Assembly (NCBI GenBank): GCA_944391785.1
Contig: CALXUX010000084.1
Span: 1 to 58,601, forward strand
Direction of reading: 5' to 3'
DNA from: an uncultured Clostridia bacterium
GTDB lineage: Bacteria > Bacillota > Clostridia > TANB77 > CAG-508
Length of the DNA stretch: 58,601 nucleotides
Every line of letters starts with the position of its first letter. The stretch's first letter is position 1. Below are positions 9,376 through 20,500 of this stretch, in pieces. Position numbers and translations under genes: made by a program. The notes beneath the pieces are model-generated. The model searched no databases. It was not told the origin of the DNA and saw nothing but the letters and a program-made list of their open reading frames with translations.

Positions 9376-9939
9376 ATGTATTTAATAGTAGGATTAGGAA
9401 ATCCAGAAAATCAATATAAAAATACAAGGCATAACATGGGGTTTGACGTAATAAACGAAATTGCCAAAAAATACAACATCACAATAGAAAAAGAAAAATA
9501 TAATGGGCTATATGAAACAGCACTAATAGAAGGAAAAAAAGTAATTCTATTAAAACCCCAAACATACATGAACTTAAGTGGAGAAGCAGTAAAAAAATAT
9601 ATGGAATTTTACAACATAACAACTCAAGAATTAATCATAATATATGATGACATGGACATACCAAAAGGTCAAATAAAACTTAGGAAAACAGGAGGACCAG
9701 GCTCACACAATGGAATGAAATCAATAATTGAAAACATCAAAACCAAAGACTTTCCAAGAATAAGAGTAGGAATAGGAAGGCCAATATATGAATTTGACAA
9801 AATAAACTATGTAATAGGCCAAATCCCAAAAGAAGAAAGACCAATATTAGACGAAGGAATAAAAAAAGCAACAGAAGCAGTAATTGAAATAATATCAAAA
9901 GGAATAGATAATGCAATGAATAAATTTAATATATCATAA
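9376..9939 (+). CDS. pth: Peptidyl-tRNA hydrolase
   Basis: MYLIVGLGNPENQYKNTRHNMGF..., 187 aa, RBS AAGGAG upstream. Confidence 0.92.
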   Translation: MYLIVGLGNPENQYKNTRHNMGFDVINEIAKKYNITIEKEKYNGLYETALIEGKKVILLKPQTYMNLSGEAVKKYMEFYNITTQELIIIYDDMDIPKGQIKLRKTGGPGSHNGMKSIIENIKTKDFPRIRVGIGRPIYEFDKINYVIGQIPKEERPILDEGIKKATEAVIEIISKGIDNAMNKFNIS

Positions 9940-9971
9940 AAAATAATACAAAAACTTTAAGGAGAGAGCAA

Positions 9972-11153
9972 ATGTTAGAAATAATAATAGATAAAAATAA
10001 AGAACAAGAAAAAATAGCACTACTAGAAAATGGAAACTTACTAGAATACTATGAAGAAAATGAAAAAACCAATAGATATGAAGGAAATATATATGTAGGA
10101 ATCGTAAAAGACATAATACCAGGAATGCAGTCGGCATTTATAGATATAGGAACTGAAAAAAATAGTTTTATACATGTAAAAGATATAGTCCCAAAAGTAG
10201 ACGAAAAAAAGCAAAAACAAACTATTAACCTAGATATAAGAAAACTTGTAAAAACAAACAAAAAAATGCTTGTTCAAATAAAAAAAGACAGTAATGATCA
10301 AAAAGGAGCAAGAGTATCTACACATATAAGTTTGCCAGGAAGATATATAGTATTTATGCCAGAAACTGATGTATTAACAATATCAAAAAAAATAGAATCA
10401 GTGCAAGAGCAAGAAAGATTAATAAATATTGTAAAACAAAACATACCAAAAGGAAATGGTGCAATCATAAGAACATCAGCAAAAGGAAAAAACACTGAAA
10501 TTATAGAAGAAATAAAATATTTAGAAAACAAATGGAAAAAAATAAAAGAAGAATACCAAAAATCAGAAAACAAAGGCAAAATATTATATAAGGCAGAAAA
10601 CATTGTTCAAAAAATGTTAATAGACCTAGCAGATAAAAAACTAGAAAGAATTATAACAAACAACGAAAAAGAATATAAAGAGCTCCAAGAATTCATAAAA
10701 GAAGAAATAAAAAATGCAGAAATAAAACTAGAATTAGAAAAAACAGAAGATTTAATGAAAAATTTTTTCATAGACAAACAATTAGAAAAAATGCAAAAAA
10801 GAAAAATATGGCTAAAATGTGGTGGATTTATAACAATAGATAAAACAGAAGCACTAACTGCAATAGATGTAAACACAGGAAAATACACAGGAAATAAAGA
10901 TATAGAACAAACTATATACACAGTAAACAAAGAAGCAACAATAGAAATTGCAAAACAATTAAGATTAAGAGACATTGGTGGAATAATTATAATTGACTAT
11001 ATAGACATGAAAAACGAAGAAAATAAAGCAAAAATACAATCTTTATTAGAAGAAGTATTAAAATTAGATAGAACCAAAACACAAATAGAAGGTTTTACAA
11101 AATTAGATTTAATGGAATTGACAAGAAAGCATATTTGTAGCCACAAAGATTAA
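9972..11153 (+). CDS. rng: Rne/Rng-family ribonuclease (RNase G-like)
   Basis: S1-like N-terminus (GNIYVGIVKDIIPGMQSAFIDIG) followed by an RNase E/G catalytic-type region (AIDVNTGKY..., IGGIIIIDYIDM). Confidence 0.8.
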   Translation: MLEIIIDKNKEQEKIALLENGNLLEYYEENEKTNRYEGNIYVGIVKDIIPGMQSAFIDIGTEKNSFIHVKDIVPKVDEKKQKQTINLDIRKLVKTNKKMLVQIKKDSNDQKGARVSTHISLPGRYIVFMPETDVLTISKKIESVQEQERLINIVKQNIPKGNGAIIRTSAKGKNTEIIEEIKYLENKWKKIKEEYQKSENKGKILYKAENIVQKMLIDLADKKLERIITNNEKEYKELQEFIKEEIKNAEIKLELEKTEDLMKNFFIDKQLEKMQKRKIWLKCGGFITIDKTEALTAIDVNTGKYTGNKDIEQTIYTVNKEATIEIAKQLRLRDIGGIIIIDYIDMKNEENKAKIQSLLEEVLKLDRTKTQIEGFTKLDLMELTRKHICSHKD

Positions 11154-11190
11154 AATCGTTAAAAAAAATAACATAGAAAATGAGGTAAAA

Positions 11191-12558
11191 ATGAAAGTAG
11201 GATTTGTAAAATTAGGATGTAGTAAAAATTTAATAGACACAGAAATTGCAATAGGGCAATTTAAAAAAAATAAATATGAAATAGTAAATGACCCAAAAAA
11301 AGCAGAAATAATAGTAATAAATACCTGTGGATTTATAGATACAGCCAAAGAAGAAGCAATAAATACAATACTAGAAATGGCAGAATATAAAAAGCAAAAA
11401 TGTAAATATTTAATTGTAATGGGGTGTCTAGTTCAAAGATATTATGAAGAATTAATAAAACTACTACCAGAAGTAGACTTATTTATAAAACTAGAAGACT
11501 ACGATAATTTTTGGAATATAATAGAAGATTTAATAAAAAGAAATAAAGTAGAAAAAACTGAAAAGAAACTATCAAATAGCCTGCTTGACATGTTACCACT
11601 TCCAATGCCAACATCAGAAGAATTTTTAGAAAGAGAAATAACAACAGGAAAAAATTATGCCTACCTAAAAATAGGAGAAGGATGTAGCAATAGATGCACA
11701 TACTGTGCAATTCCATATATAAGAGGACCATTTATAAGTAGAAAAATGGAAGAAATAATAAAAGAAGCCAAGATGCTTGCATCAAAAGGAATTAAAGAAA
11801 TAATAGTAATAGCACAAGATACCACAAAATACGGAATAGATATATATGGTAAAACAAAACTTGCCGAATTACTTGAAGAAATTAGCAAAATAGAAGGAAT
11901 AAAATGGATAAGATTTTTATACTCATATCCAGAAGGAATAACACCTGAATTAATACAAACAGTTGCAAACAACAAAAAAATTGTAAAATACTTTGATATA
12001 CCAATTCAACATATATCAGATGAAATTTTAAAAAAGATGAACAGAAGAACAAACAAAAAGCAAATAATAAATCTAATAAAAGAAATAAGAAAAGAAATCC
12101 CAGAAGTCACACTAAGAACAAGTTTAATAGTAGGCTTTCCAGGAGAAACTGTAGAAAAATTTGAAGAATTACAAGAATTTGTAAAACAAGCAAAATTTGA
12201 CAAACTAGGAGCATTTGAATACTCAAAAGAAGAAGGAACACCAGCTGCAAGATTACCTATGCAAATACACGGAAACACTAAAAAAGCAAGATATAAAAAA
12301 ATAATGCAAATTCAAAAAGAAATATCAAAACAAAACTTAGAAGGAAAATTAGGTAAAACATATGAAGTATTAATAGAAGAAAAATCATTTGATGGCAAAT
12401 TCTTAATAGGAAGAACAAGCCAAGATGCTCCAGAAATAGATGGATTAGTCTATATAGAAATAACAAAAGAAAATGAAGGAGAAAAATATTTAAACCAATT
12501 TGTAAAATGCAAAATTAAAAATGTAAGTGAATATGATTTAACTGGTGAAATAGTATAA
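11191..12558 (+). CDS. rimO: Ribosomal protein S12 methylthiotransferase RimO
   Basis: MKVGFVKLGCSKNLIDTE, radical-SAM motif GCSNRCTYCAIP, and a C-terminal TRAM-like domain. Confidence 0.85.
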   Translation: MKVGFVKLGCSKNLIDTEIAIGQFKKNKYEIVNDPKKAEIIVINTCGFIDTAKEEAINTILEMAEYKKQKCKYLIVMGCLVQRYYEELIKLLPEVDLFIKLEDYDNFWNIIEDLIKRNKVEKTEKKLSNSLLDMLPLPMPTSEEFLEREITTGKNYAYLKIGEGCSNRCTYCAIPYIRGPFISRKMEEIIKEAKMLASKGIKEIIVIAQDTTKYGIDIYGKTKLAELLEEISKIEGIKWIRFLYSYPEGITPELIQTVANNKKIVKYFDIPIQHISDEILKKMNRRTNKKQIINLIKEIRKEIPEVTLRTSLIVGFPGETVEKFEELQEFVKQAKFDKLGAFEYSKEEGTPAARLPMQIHGNTKKARYKKIMQIQKEISKQNLEGKLGKTYEVLIEEKSFDGKFLIGRTSQDAPEIDGLVYIEITKENEGEKYLNQFVKCKIKNVSEYDLTGEIV

Positions 12559-12620
12559 AAACATCAAAATAATTTAATAATACTATGAAATAACTGTATA
12601 ATAAAGGAAGGAGTAAAAAC

Positions 12621-13631
12621 ATGAAAAAAAGAATATTAACAGGCGATAGACCAACCGGAAAATTGCATATAGGTCACTATTTTGGATCAATAAAAAAAAG
12701 AGTAGAAATGCAAAATAGTGGAGAATATGAAATGTTTATTCTAATTGCAGATGTGCAAGCATTAACAGATAATTTTGATAATCCAGAAAAAGTTAGAAAA
12801 AATGTTAAAGAACTTTGTCTAGATTATTTAGCGTGTGGAATAGACCCAGAAAAAACAACAATTTACATACAATCAATGATACCAGAAACAGCAGAACTAA
12901 CAGTATATTATTCAAATTTAGTAACAATATCAAGACTTCAAAGAAACCCTACAGTAAAAACAGAAATAGCACAAAAAAAGCAAATTTTTGGTGAAAGTGT
13001 AACATATGGCTTTTTAGGTTATCCAGTAAGCCAAGCAGCAGATATAACTACATTTGAAGGAGAACTAGTTCCAGCAGGAGAAGACCAAGAACCATTAATT
13101 GAACAATGTAGAGAAATCGTAAGAAAATTCAATAGCATATATGGAAATGTTTTAAAAGAACCAAAAATAATTTTATCAGAAGGAAAAAGAATAAAAGGTT
13201 TAGACGGAAATGAAAAAATGGGAAAATCTCTAGGAAATGCAATCTATTTATCAGACACAGAAGAAGAAATAACAAAAAAAGTAATGGGAGCAGTAACAGA
13301 TCCAAATAGAATAACAAAAGATAGCAAAGGAAACCCAGACATTTGTATGGTAGCATATTATCATAAACTATTTACAAATCCAGAAGATGTAAATATAGTA
13401 TGCAGTGAATGTAGAGAAGGAAAAAGAGGCTGTGTTGCTTGTAAAAAACAGCTTGCTAAAAATATATGTGATTATTTAAAACCAATTAGAGAAAAAAGAA
13501 AATATTATGAAGAAAGACCAGAACTTGTTGAAAAAATATTAATAGAAGGCACAAAAAAAGCTAAATTAGTTGCAGAAGAAACAATGAAAAAAGTAAAAAA
13601 AGCAATGATGCTTGACTATTTTGAATTATAA
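12621..13631 (+). CDS. trpS: Tryptophan--tRNA ligase
   Basis: Class I signatures: HIGH-like LHIGHY and KMSKS-like KMGKS. 336 aa. Confidence 0.9.
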   Translation: MKKRILTGDRPTGKLHIGHYFGSIKKRVEMQNSGEYEMFILIADVQALTDNFDNPEKVRKNVKELCLDYLACGIDPEKTTIYIQSMIPETAELTVYYSNLVTISRLQRNPTVKTEIAQKKQIFGESVTYGFLGYPVSQAADITTFEGELVPAGEDQEPLIEQCREIVRKFNSIYGNVLKEPKIILSEGKRIKGLDGNEKMGKSLGNAIYLSDTEEEITKKVMGAVTDPNRITKDSKGNPDICMVAYYHKLFTNPEDVNIVCSECREGKRGCVACKKQLAKNICDYLKPIREKRKYYEERPELVEKILIEGTKKAKLVAEETMKKVKKAMMLDYFEL

Positions 13632-13755
13632 AAATATTTGACTATATTGAATAAAAAAATACTTAACTATCTGAATTATAAAAAATACTAACTATTTTGA
13701 ATTAAAAAAATATTGAATATTTTGAATTAATAATACTGACTATTTTAAATTATAG
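13608..13755. repeat. Six degenerate tandem copies (about 25 bp) echoing the 3' end of trpS
   Basis: The core TGACTATTTTGAATTA (the last trpS codons plus stop) recurs at 13613, 13639, 13664, 13689, 13714 and 13738 with a few substitutions. Confidence 0.85.
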
Positions 13756-13768
13756 AAAATAAAAATAA

Positions 13769-15067
<1,299 letters not shown>

Positions 15068-15080
15068 TATATTCAAATAA

Positions 15081-15268
15081 AAGGAATGTGAAAAAAATAC
15101 TAGGCCAGATTTTTTAGAAGAAATAAAGAAAGAAGGTATTGACATATGAAAAGATTTGAAGAAAGAAAACAAGATTTAATAAATGCTACCAATAGACTAA
15201 AAGAAGCACTAAATGAAAAAGAAAGCGAATTAATGATAGATGCAGTATTGCATAGATATGTGTATTAA
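15081..15268 (+). pseudogene. Remnant of an MNT/HEPN-type (HI0073/HI0074-like) toxin-antitoxin pair: a C-terminal scrap of the nucleotidyltransferase plus a 40-codon N-terminal stub of the HEPN partner
   Basis: The open frame 15081-15149 ends ...NTRPDFLEEIKKEGIDI* and has no start codon. It overlaps (ATGA) the ORF 15146-15268, MKRFEERKQDLINATNRLKEALNEKESELMIDAVLHRYVY*, which resembles the first helices of HI0074-family proteins but is far too short. Confidence 0.4.
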
Positions 15269-15289
15269 ATAAAACTTAGCAAAAAACCC

Positions 15290-15318
15290 TTGATATTTCA
15301 AACAAAATGTAGTACAAT
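15290..15318 (+). promoter_or_regulatory. Sigma-A-type promoter for rpsO
   Basis: TTGATA (15290-15295), 17-nt spacer, TACAAT (15313-15318). Confidence 0.55.
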
Positions 15319-15340
15319 ATTAATGTCAAAAAAGAAAAGA

Positions 15341-15394
15341 CCTTTTACTTAGCTTAAAAACAAAACACACACCAAATTTAAGCTCAGTTAAAGG
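15341..15394 (+). promoter_or_regulatory. Stem-loop in the rpsO 5' leader (candidate S15 autoregulatory structure)
   Basis: CCTTTTACTTAGCTTAAA (15341-15358) pairs with TTTAAGCTCAGTTAAAGG (15377-15394) at about 16 of 18 positions. It ends about 10 nt before the AGGAGG RBS. Confidence 0.4.
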
Positions 15395-15418
15395 AACAAA
15401 AAAATAGGAGGTGTAAAA

Positions 15419-15682
15419 ATGACAAAGGAAAGAAAACAAGAAATAATCAATCAATATAAAAGAGAAGAAAACGACACAGGTTCACCAGAAGTACAAATAG
15501 CTCTTTTAACAGAAAGAATAGGTGAACTAACAGAACACTTAAAAGTACACGTAAAAGACAATCACTCAAGACGTGGACTATTAAAAATGGTTGGTAAAAG
15601 AAGAAACTTATTAAATTACTTATCTAAAAAAGACATCCAAAGATATAGAGATATTGTCGAAAAATTAGGATTAAGAAAATAA
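15419..15682 (+). CDS. rpsO: 30S ribosomal protein S15
   Basis: 87 aa, ...[48 protein letters not shown]... Confidence 0.95.
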   Translation: MTKERKQEIINQYKREENDTGSPEVQIALLTERIGELTEHLKVHVKDNHSRRGLLKMVGKRRNLLNYLSKKDIQRYRDIVEKLGLRK

Positions 15683-15687
15683 TTAAT

Positions 15688-15722
15688 AAAAAGCCTATGC
15701 TTTTATTTGGCATAGGCTTTTG
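15688..15722 (+). terminator. Rho-independent terminator after rpsO
   Basis: AAGCCTATGC (15691-15700) pairs with GCATAGGCTT (15710-15719), followed by T residues. Confidence 0.7.
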
Positions 15723-15852
15723 AATAAGTTTTTTAAAAATGCAAATTATAATAAAAACCATAGTAATAAAAATTACAAAAATGTTTCAAAATTAATTATA
15801 AAACTTTATAATTAAAAACAAGTATAGGACAAAAAATTAGGTAAGTAGCTTG

Positions 15853-15903
15853 TATTATATACTAAAAATACAACTAAAACCATAAAAAAATTAGTATATA
15901 ATA
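15853..15903 (+). promoter_or_regulatory. Perfect 13-bp inverted repeat in the pnp leader
   Basis: TATTATATACTAA (15853-15865) pairs with TTAGTATATAATA (15891-15903). The flanking bases extend the pairing partially. Confidence 0.4.
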
Positions 15904-16031
15904 GAGGTTACCATCTAATTTGTTCTAAACTAAAAACAAATAAAATTTCAAACTAGAAATTTTATTAACCTAATTGCAAAATAAAAGCAATTTATAAAAA
16001 ATCAAAAAGAACTAAAAATAGGAGGAATATT

Positions 16032-18149
16032 ATGTATAAAGTTTATGAAACAGAATTAGCTGGAAGAAAAATTTTATTCGAAACAGGAAAATTAGCAGGA
16101 CTTGCAAATGGAAGTGTATTAGTAAGATATGGAGACACATGTGTAATAGTAAATGTTACAGCATCAAAACAACCAAAAGAAGGAATAGACTTCTTTCCTT
16201 TATCAGTAGACTATGAAGAAAAGCTATATGCAGTAGGAAAAATACCAGGTTCATTCCAAAAAAGAGAAGGAAAACCATCAGACAAAGCAATACTAACCTC
16301 AAGAGCAATAGATAGACCCCTAAGACCACTATTTCCAAAAGACTTCAGAAATGATGTAGTAGTTGTTGCAACAGTATTATCAGTAGAACAAGATAACTCA
16401 CCAGAAATTGCAGCAATGATAGGAGCATCTTGTGCATTATCAATATCAGACATACCTTTTGGAGGACCTACAGCAGCAGTAAATGTAGGTTTAGTAGATG
16501 GAAAAATAATAATAAACCCAACAGAAGAAGAAAGAAAGAAAAGTGATTTAACACTAACTGTTGCAGGAACAGAAAAGAAAATAGCAATGATTGAAGCAGG
16601 AGCAAACGAAATACCAGAAGATATAATGCTAAAAGCAATAAAAGAAGGGCACAAAGAAATCAAAAAAATGTGTAAATTCATTTCAAAAATGCAAAAGGAA
16701 ATAGGAAAACCAAAATTTGAATATAAATCATTTGCAGTAGATGAAGAAATATACAAATTTATAGAAGAAAATTATGCAGAAGAAATGAAAGAAAAAGTTC
16801 AAGAAGTAGATAAAGAAAAAAGAGATGAAAATATCTCAGAATTAACTGATAAAATAGTTCAAAGCTATACTGAAAAATTTGGAGAAGAAATGGTAGATGA
16901 ACACAAACAAGATTTAGCAGAAGCAATATATAAACTGGAGAAAAAATGTGTAAGAGATATGATATTCTATGAACATAAAAGAGTAGATGGAAGAGCATTA
17001 GACGAAATAAGACCACTATCTTGCGAAGTAGGCTTGCTACCAAGAACACATGGAAGTGCTTTATTTACAAGAGGACAAACACAAGTACTATCTGTTGCAA
17101 CTTTAGGAATGATAAGTGAAGAACAAACTTTAGACGGAATAGACAAAGAAGAAAGCAAAAGATATATGCACCAATACAACTTCCCAAGCTATAGTGTAGG
17201 AGAAGCAAGACCATCAAGAGGACCAGGAAGAAGAGAAATAGGACATGGAGCATTAGCCGAAAAAGCATTAGTTCCAGTAATTCCATCAGAAGAAGAATTC
17301 CCATATGCAATAAGAGTAGTATCAGAAGTATTATCATCAAATGGTTCAACATCACAAGCAAGTATATGTGGAAGCACTTTAGCCTTAATGGATGCAGGTG
17401 TACCAATAAAAAGACCAGTAGCTGGAATATCTACAGGACTTGTAACAAGCCCAGAAAATGATAAAGAATATGTAATGCTTACAGATATTCAAGGTCTAGA
17501 AGACTTCTTTGGAGATATGGACTTTAAAGTAGGAGGAACAGAAAAAGGAATAACAGCAATACAAGTAGATATAAAAGTAGATGGGCTATCTTATGACATA
17601 ATAAAAGAAGCATTTGCAAGAACAAAAAAAGCAAGAAAACATATATTAGAAGATGTAATGTTACCAGTAATTTCAGAGCCAAGAAAAGATATATCAAAAT
17701 ATGCCCCTAAGATAGTAAATACTAAAATAAAAGTAGACAAAATAAAAGACGTAATAGGACCTGGTGGTAAAATGATAAATAAAATCATTGATGAAACAGG
17801 TGTAAAAATAGACATAGAAGAAGATGGACAAGTATTTATCTACTCATCTGATATAGAAAAAGCAACAGAAGCTTTAGAAATGATAGAAGATATAGTAAGA
17901 GATGTTGAAGTAGGTGGAATATACTATGGAGAAGTCTTAAGAATAATGCCATTTGGAGCATTTATAGATTTAGGTGTAGCAGGAAAAGAAGGATTACTTC
18001 ACATATCAAAAATATCAAAAGAAAGAATAAAACATGTAGAAGATGTACTTAAAGTTGGTGAGAAAGTTACAGTAAAAGTTACAGACATAGATGAACAAGG
18101 AAGAATTAACTTAAGTATGTTAGATTTAGCAGGAAATAAAGGAAATTAG
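16032..18149 (+). CDS. pnp: Polyribonucleotide nucleotidyltransferase (PNPase)
   Basis: 705 aa with two RNase PH-like halves, then KH (IKDVIGPGGKMINKI) and S1 (GGIYYGEVLRIMPFGAFIDL) domains. Confidence 0.95.
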   Translation: MYKVYETELAGRKILFETGKLAGLANGSVLVRYGDTCVIVNVTASKQPKEGIDFFPLSVDYEEKLYAVGKIPGSFQKREGKPSDKAILTSRAIDRPLRPLFPKDFRNDVVVVATVLSVEQDNSPEIAAMIGASCALSISDIPFGGPTAAVNVGLVDGKIIINPTEEERKKSDLTLTVAGTEKKIAMIEAGANEIPEDIMLKAIKEGHKEIKKMCKFISKMQKEIGKPKFEYKSFAVDEEIYKFIEENYAEEMKEKVQEVDKEKRDENISELTDKIVQSYTEKFGEEMVDEHKQDLAEAIYKLEKKCVRDMIFYEHKRVDGRALDEIRPLSCEVGLLPRTHGSALFTRGQTQVLSVATLGMISEEQTLDGIDKEESKRYMHQYNFPSYSVGEARPSRGPGRREIGHGALAEKALVPVIPSEEEFPYAIRVVSEVLSSNGSTSQASICGSTLALMDAGVPIKRPVAGISTGLVTSPENDKEYVMLTDIQGLEDFFGDMDFKVGGTEKGITAIQVDIKVDGLSYDIIKEAFARTKKARKHILEDVMLPVISEPRKDISKYAPKIVNTKIKVDKIKDVIGPGGKMINKIIDETGVKIDIEEDGQVFIYSSDIEKATEALEMIEDIVRDVEVGGIYYGEVLRIMPFGAFIDLGVAGKEGLLHISKISKERIKHVEDVLKVGEKVTVKVTDIDEQGRINLSMLDLAGNKGN

Positions 18150-18287
18150 AAAATAGAAAGCCATGGGAAAATTATAATAAAATTTTATTTCAATTTGTAT
18201 GCCATGGTTTTTTGTTTTAGCTTAAAAAAGAAATAAAGAAGGAATAAGAAAAAAAGCTAAAAAATAGAAATTGAAAGGAAGAGCAAA

Positions 18288-19310
18288 ATGAAAGTATCAG
18301 ATTTTGACTATAACTTACCAGAAGAACTAATTGCACAAATACCAATAGAAAAAAGAGATGAATCAAGACTTATGATATTAAATCGAGAAAAACAAACAAT
18401 AGAGCACAAAAAATTTGCTGATATAATAGATTATTTAAACCCAGGAGACTGTCTAGTAAGAAACAACACTAAAGTTATACCAGCAAGAATATATGGAAAA
18501 AAAGAAACAGGAGCAAATGTTGAATTTTTATTATTAAATAATATAGAAGGAGATATTTGGGAAAGTATAGTAAGACCAGGAAACAAATTACATGTAGGAA
18601 CAAAAGTTATATTTGGAGATGGACTATTAAATGCAGAAATTCTAGAAATAATGCCAGGAGGAACCAGAAAAGTAAAATTTGAATATAAAGGAATCTTTAA
18701 TGAAATACTAGACAAAATAGGACTAATGCCACTACCTCCATATATTCACGAAGAATTAAAAGACAAAGATAGATATCAAACAGTATACGCAAAATATGCC
18801 GGATCTGCTGCAGCACCTACAGCAGGGTTACATTTTACAGAAGAATTACTAAAAAAAATAGAAGAAAAAGGAATAAAAATTGCAAATGTAACTTTACATG
18901 TAGGAATTGGAACATTTAGACCAGTAAAAGAAGCTGAAGTAGAAAAACACGAAATGCATACAGAACATTTTTACATAAAAGCTGAAGATGCAAATAAAAT
19001 AAATGAAGCAAAGAAAAATGGAAAAAGAGTAATTGCAGTTGGTACAACGTCTTGTAGAGTACTTGAAACAATAGCAGATGAAAAAGGTTTCGTAAAAGAG
19101 CAAGAAGGAGATACAAAAATATTTATATATCCTGGATACAAATTTAAAATATTAGATGGATTAATAACAAACTTTCATCTTCCAAAATCAACTTTATTAA
19201 TGCTTGTATCAGCACTTGCAGGAAAAGAATATATATTGCGTGCATATAATGAAGCTGTTAAAGAAAAATATAGATTTTTTAGTTTTGGAGATGCGATGTT
19301 TATATATTGA
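18288..19310 (+). CDS. queA: S-adenosylmethionine:tRNA ribosyltransferase-isomerase
   Basis: [17 protein letters not shown]...GDAMFIY, 340 aa. Confidence 0.9.
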   Translation: MKVSDFDYNLPEELIAQIPIEKRDESRLMILNREKQTIEHKKFADIIDYLNPGDCLVRNNTKVIPARIYGKKETGANVEFLLLNNIEGDIWESIVRPGNKLHVGTKVIFGDGLLNAEILEIMPGGTRKVKFEYKGIFNEILDKIGLMPLPPYIHEELKDKDRYQTVYAKYAGSAAAPTAGLHFTEELLKKIEEKGIKIANVTLHVGIGTFRPVKEAEVEKHEMHTEHFYIKAEDANKINEAKKNGKRVIAVGTTSCRVLETIADEKGFVKEQEGDTKIFIYPGYKFKILDGLITNFHLPKSTLLMLVSALAGKEYILRAYNEAVKEKYRFFSFGDAMFIY

Positions 19311-19403
19311 AAAATAAAATAAAAAGAATTATAATGTAAAACATATAACATATACTTGTAAAAAGATATATATGAATAAAAATAAAGTAGAAGGAGAAAA
19401 AAT

Positions 19404-20390
19404 ATGAAAACAATAGCAATAATAGGAAGTGGAAGTTGGGGAGTAGCATTAGGTGTGCACCTTGCAAATCTTGGAAACAAAGTAAAAATATGGTCATTTG
19501 ACCAAGAAGAAATGAGAATAATAAATGAAGAAAGAGCATGTAAATTTTTAAAAGGATTACATATACCAGATAATATATATTGTTCATTAGATTTTAAAGA
19601 AGTAATAGAAGATTCAGACTTTATAATACATGTAACACCATCAAAATTTACAAGAAATATATTTAAACAATATAAACAATATGTAGAAAACAGACCAGTA
19701 ATTATATGTTCTAAAGGATTTGAAAAAGAAACACTAAAAACACTAGACGAAGTAATAAAAGAAGAATTACCAGGCGCAAGAATTGGAGCATTATCAGGAC
19801 CAAGTCATGCAGAAGAAGTATCTATTGCAATTCCAACAGCATTAGTAATAGCATCTGAAGAGCAAGAAATAAAAGATATGGTTCAAGATACATTTATGAA
19901 TGAACACATGAGAATATATGCATCAGACGATATAAAAGGAGTTGAATTAGGAGGAGCACTTAAAAACATAATAGCATTCTGTGCTGGAGTTGCCTCAGGA
20001 ATAGGTCTTGGTGACAACACATTTGCAGCATTAGTTACAAGAGGATTAGTAGAAATTACAAACTTAGGAGTAGCATTAGGCGGAAAAAAAGACACATTTT
20101 ATGGCTTAAGTGGTTTAGGTGATTTAATAGTAACATGTCTTAGTGAACATAGTAGAAATAGAAGAGCAGGAAAACTAATAGGCCAAGGAAAAACTTTAGA
20201 AGAAGCTAGAAAAGAAATAGGAATGGTAATTGAAAGTGTAGATAACATTGATGTAGCATATGAACTTGGAAAAATACATAAAATAGAAATGCCTATTGTA
20301 GATACTGTTTATGATGTTATATATAATAAATTAGATCCAAAAGAAGCAGTAGATAGATTAATGACAAGAGAAAAGAAAACGGAATATTAA
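19404..20390 (+). CDS. gpsA: NAD(P)H-dependent glycerol-3-phosphate dehydrogenase
   Basis: Rossmann motif IAIIGSGSWG, then ...GALKNIIA... and GLGDLIVTC. Confidence 0.9.
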   Translation: MKTIAIIGSGSWGVALGVHLANLGNKVKIWSFDQEEMRIINEERACKFLKGLHIPDNIYCSLDFKEVIEDSDFIIHVTPSKFTRNIFKQYKQYVENRPVIICSKGFEKETLKTLDEVIKEELPGARIGALSGPSHAEEVSIAIPTALVIASEEQEIKDMVQDTFMNEHMRIYASDDIKGVELGGALKNIIAFCAGVASGIGLGDNTFAALVTRGLVEITNLGVALGGKKDTFYGLSGLGDLIVTCLSEHSRNRRAGKLIGQGKTLEEARKEIGMVIESVDNIDVAYELGKIHKIEMPIVDTVYDVIYNKLDPKEAVDRLMTREKKTEY

Positions 20391-20500
20391 AAAAAACATA
20401 AAATTTTATCAAAAATAAAAAAATATGAATAACAATAAACATAAAAAACAATAATATATAAAAAGGATAAAAATTTGTAATGTTGAAAGGAAGAGATTAA

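Noticed and set aside
12559-12620. T-box leader upstream of trpS
   Set aside because: Only about 60 nt separate rimO from trpS. That is too short for a T-box, and no T-box consensus or terminator/antiterminator pair is visible.
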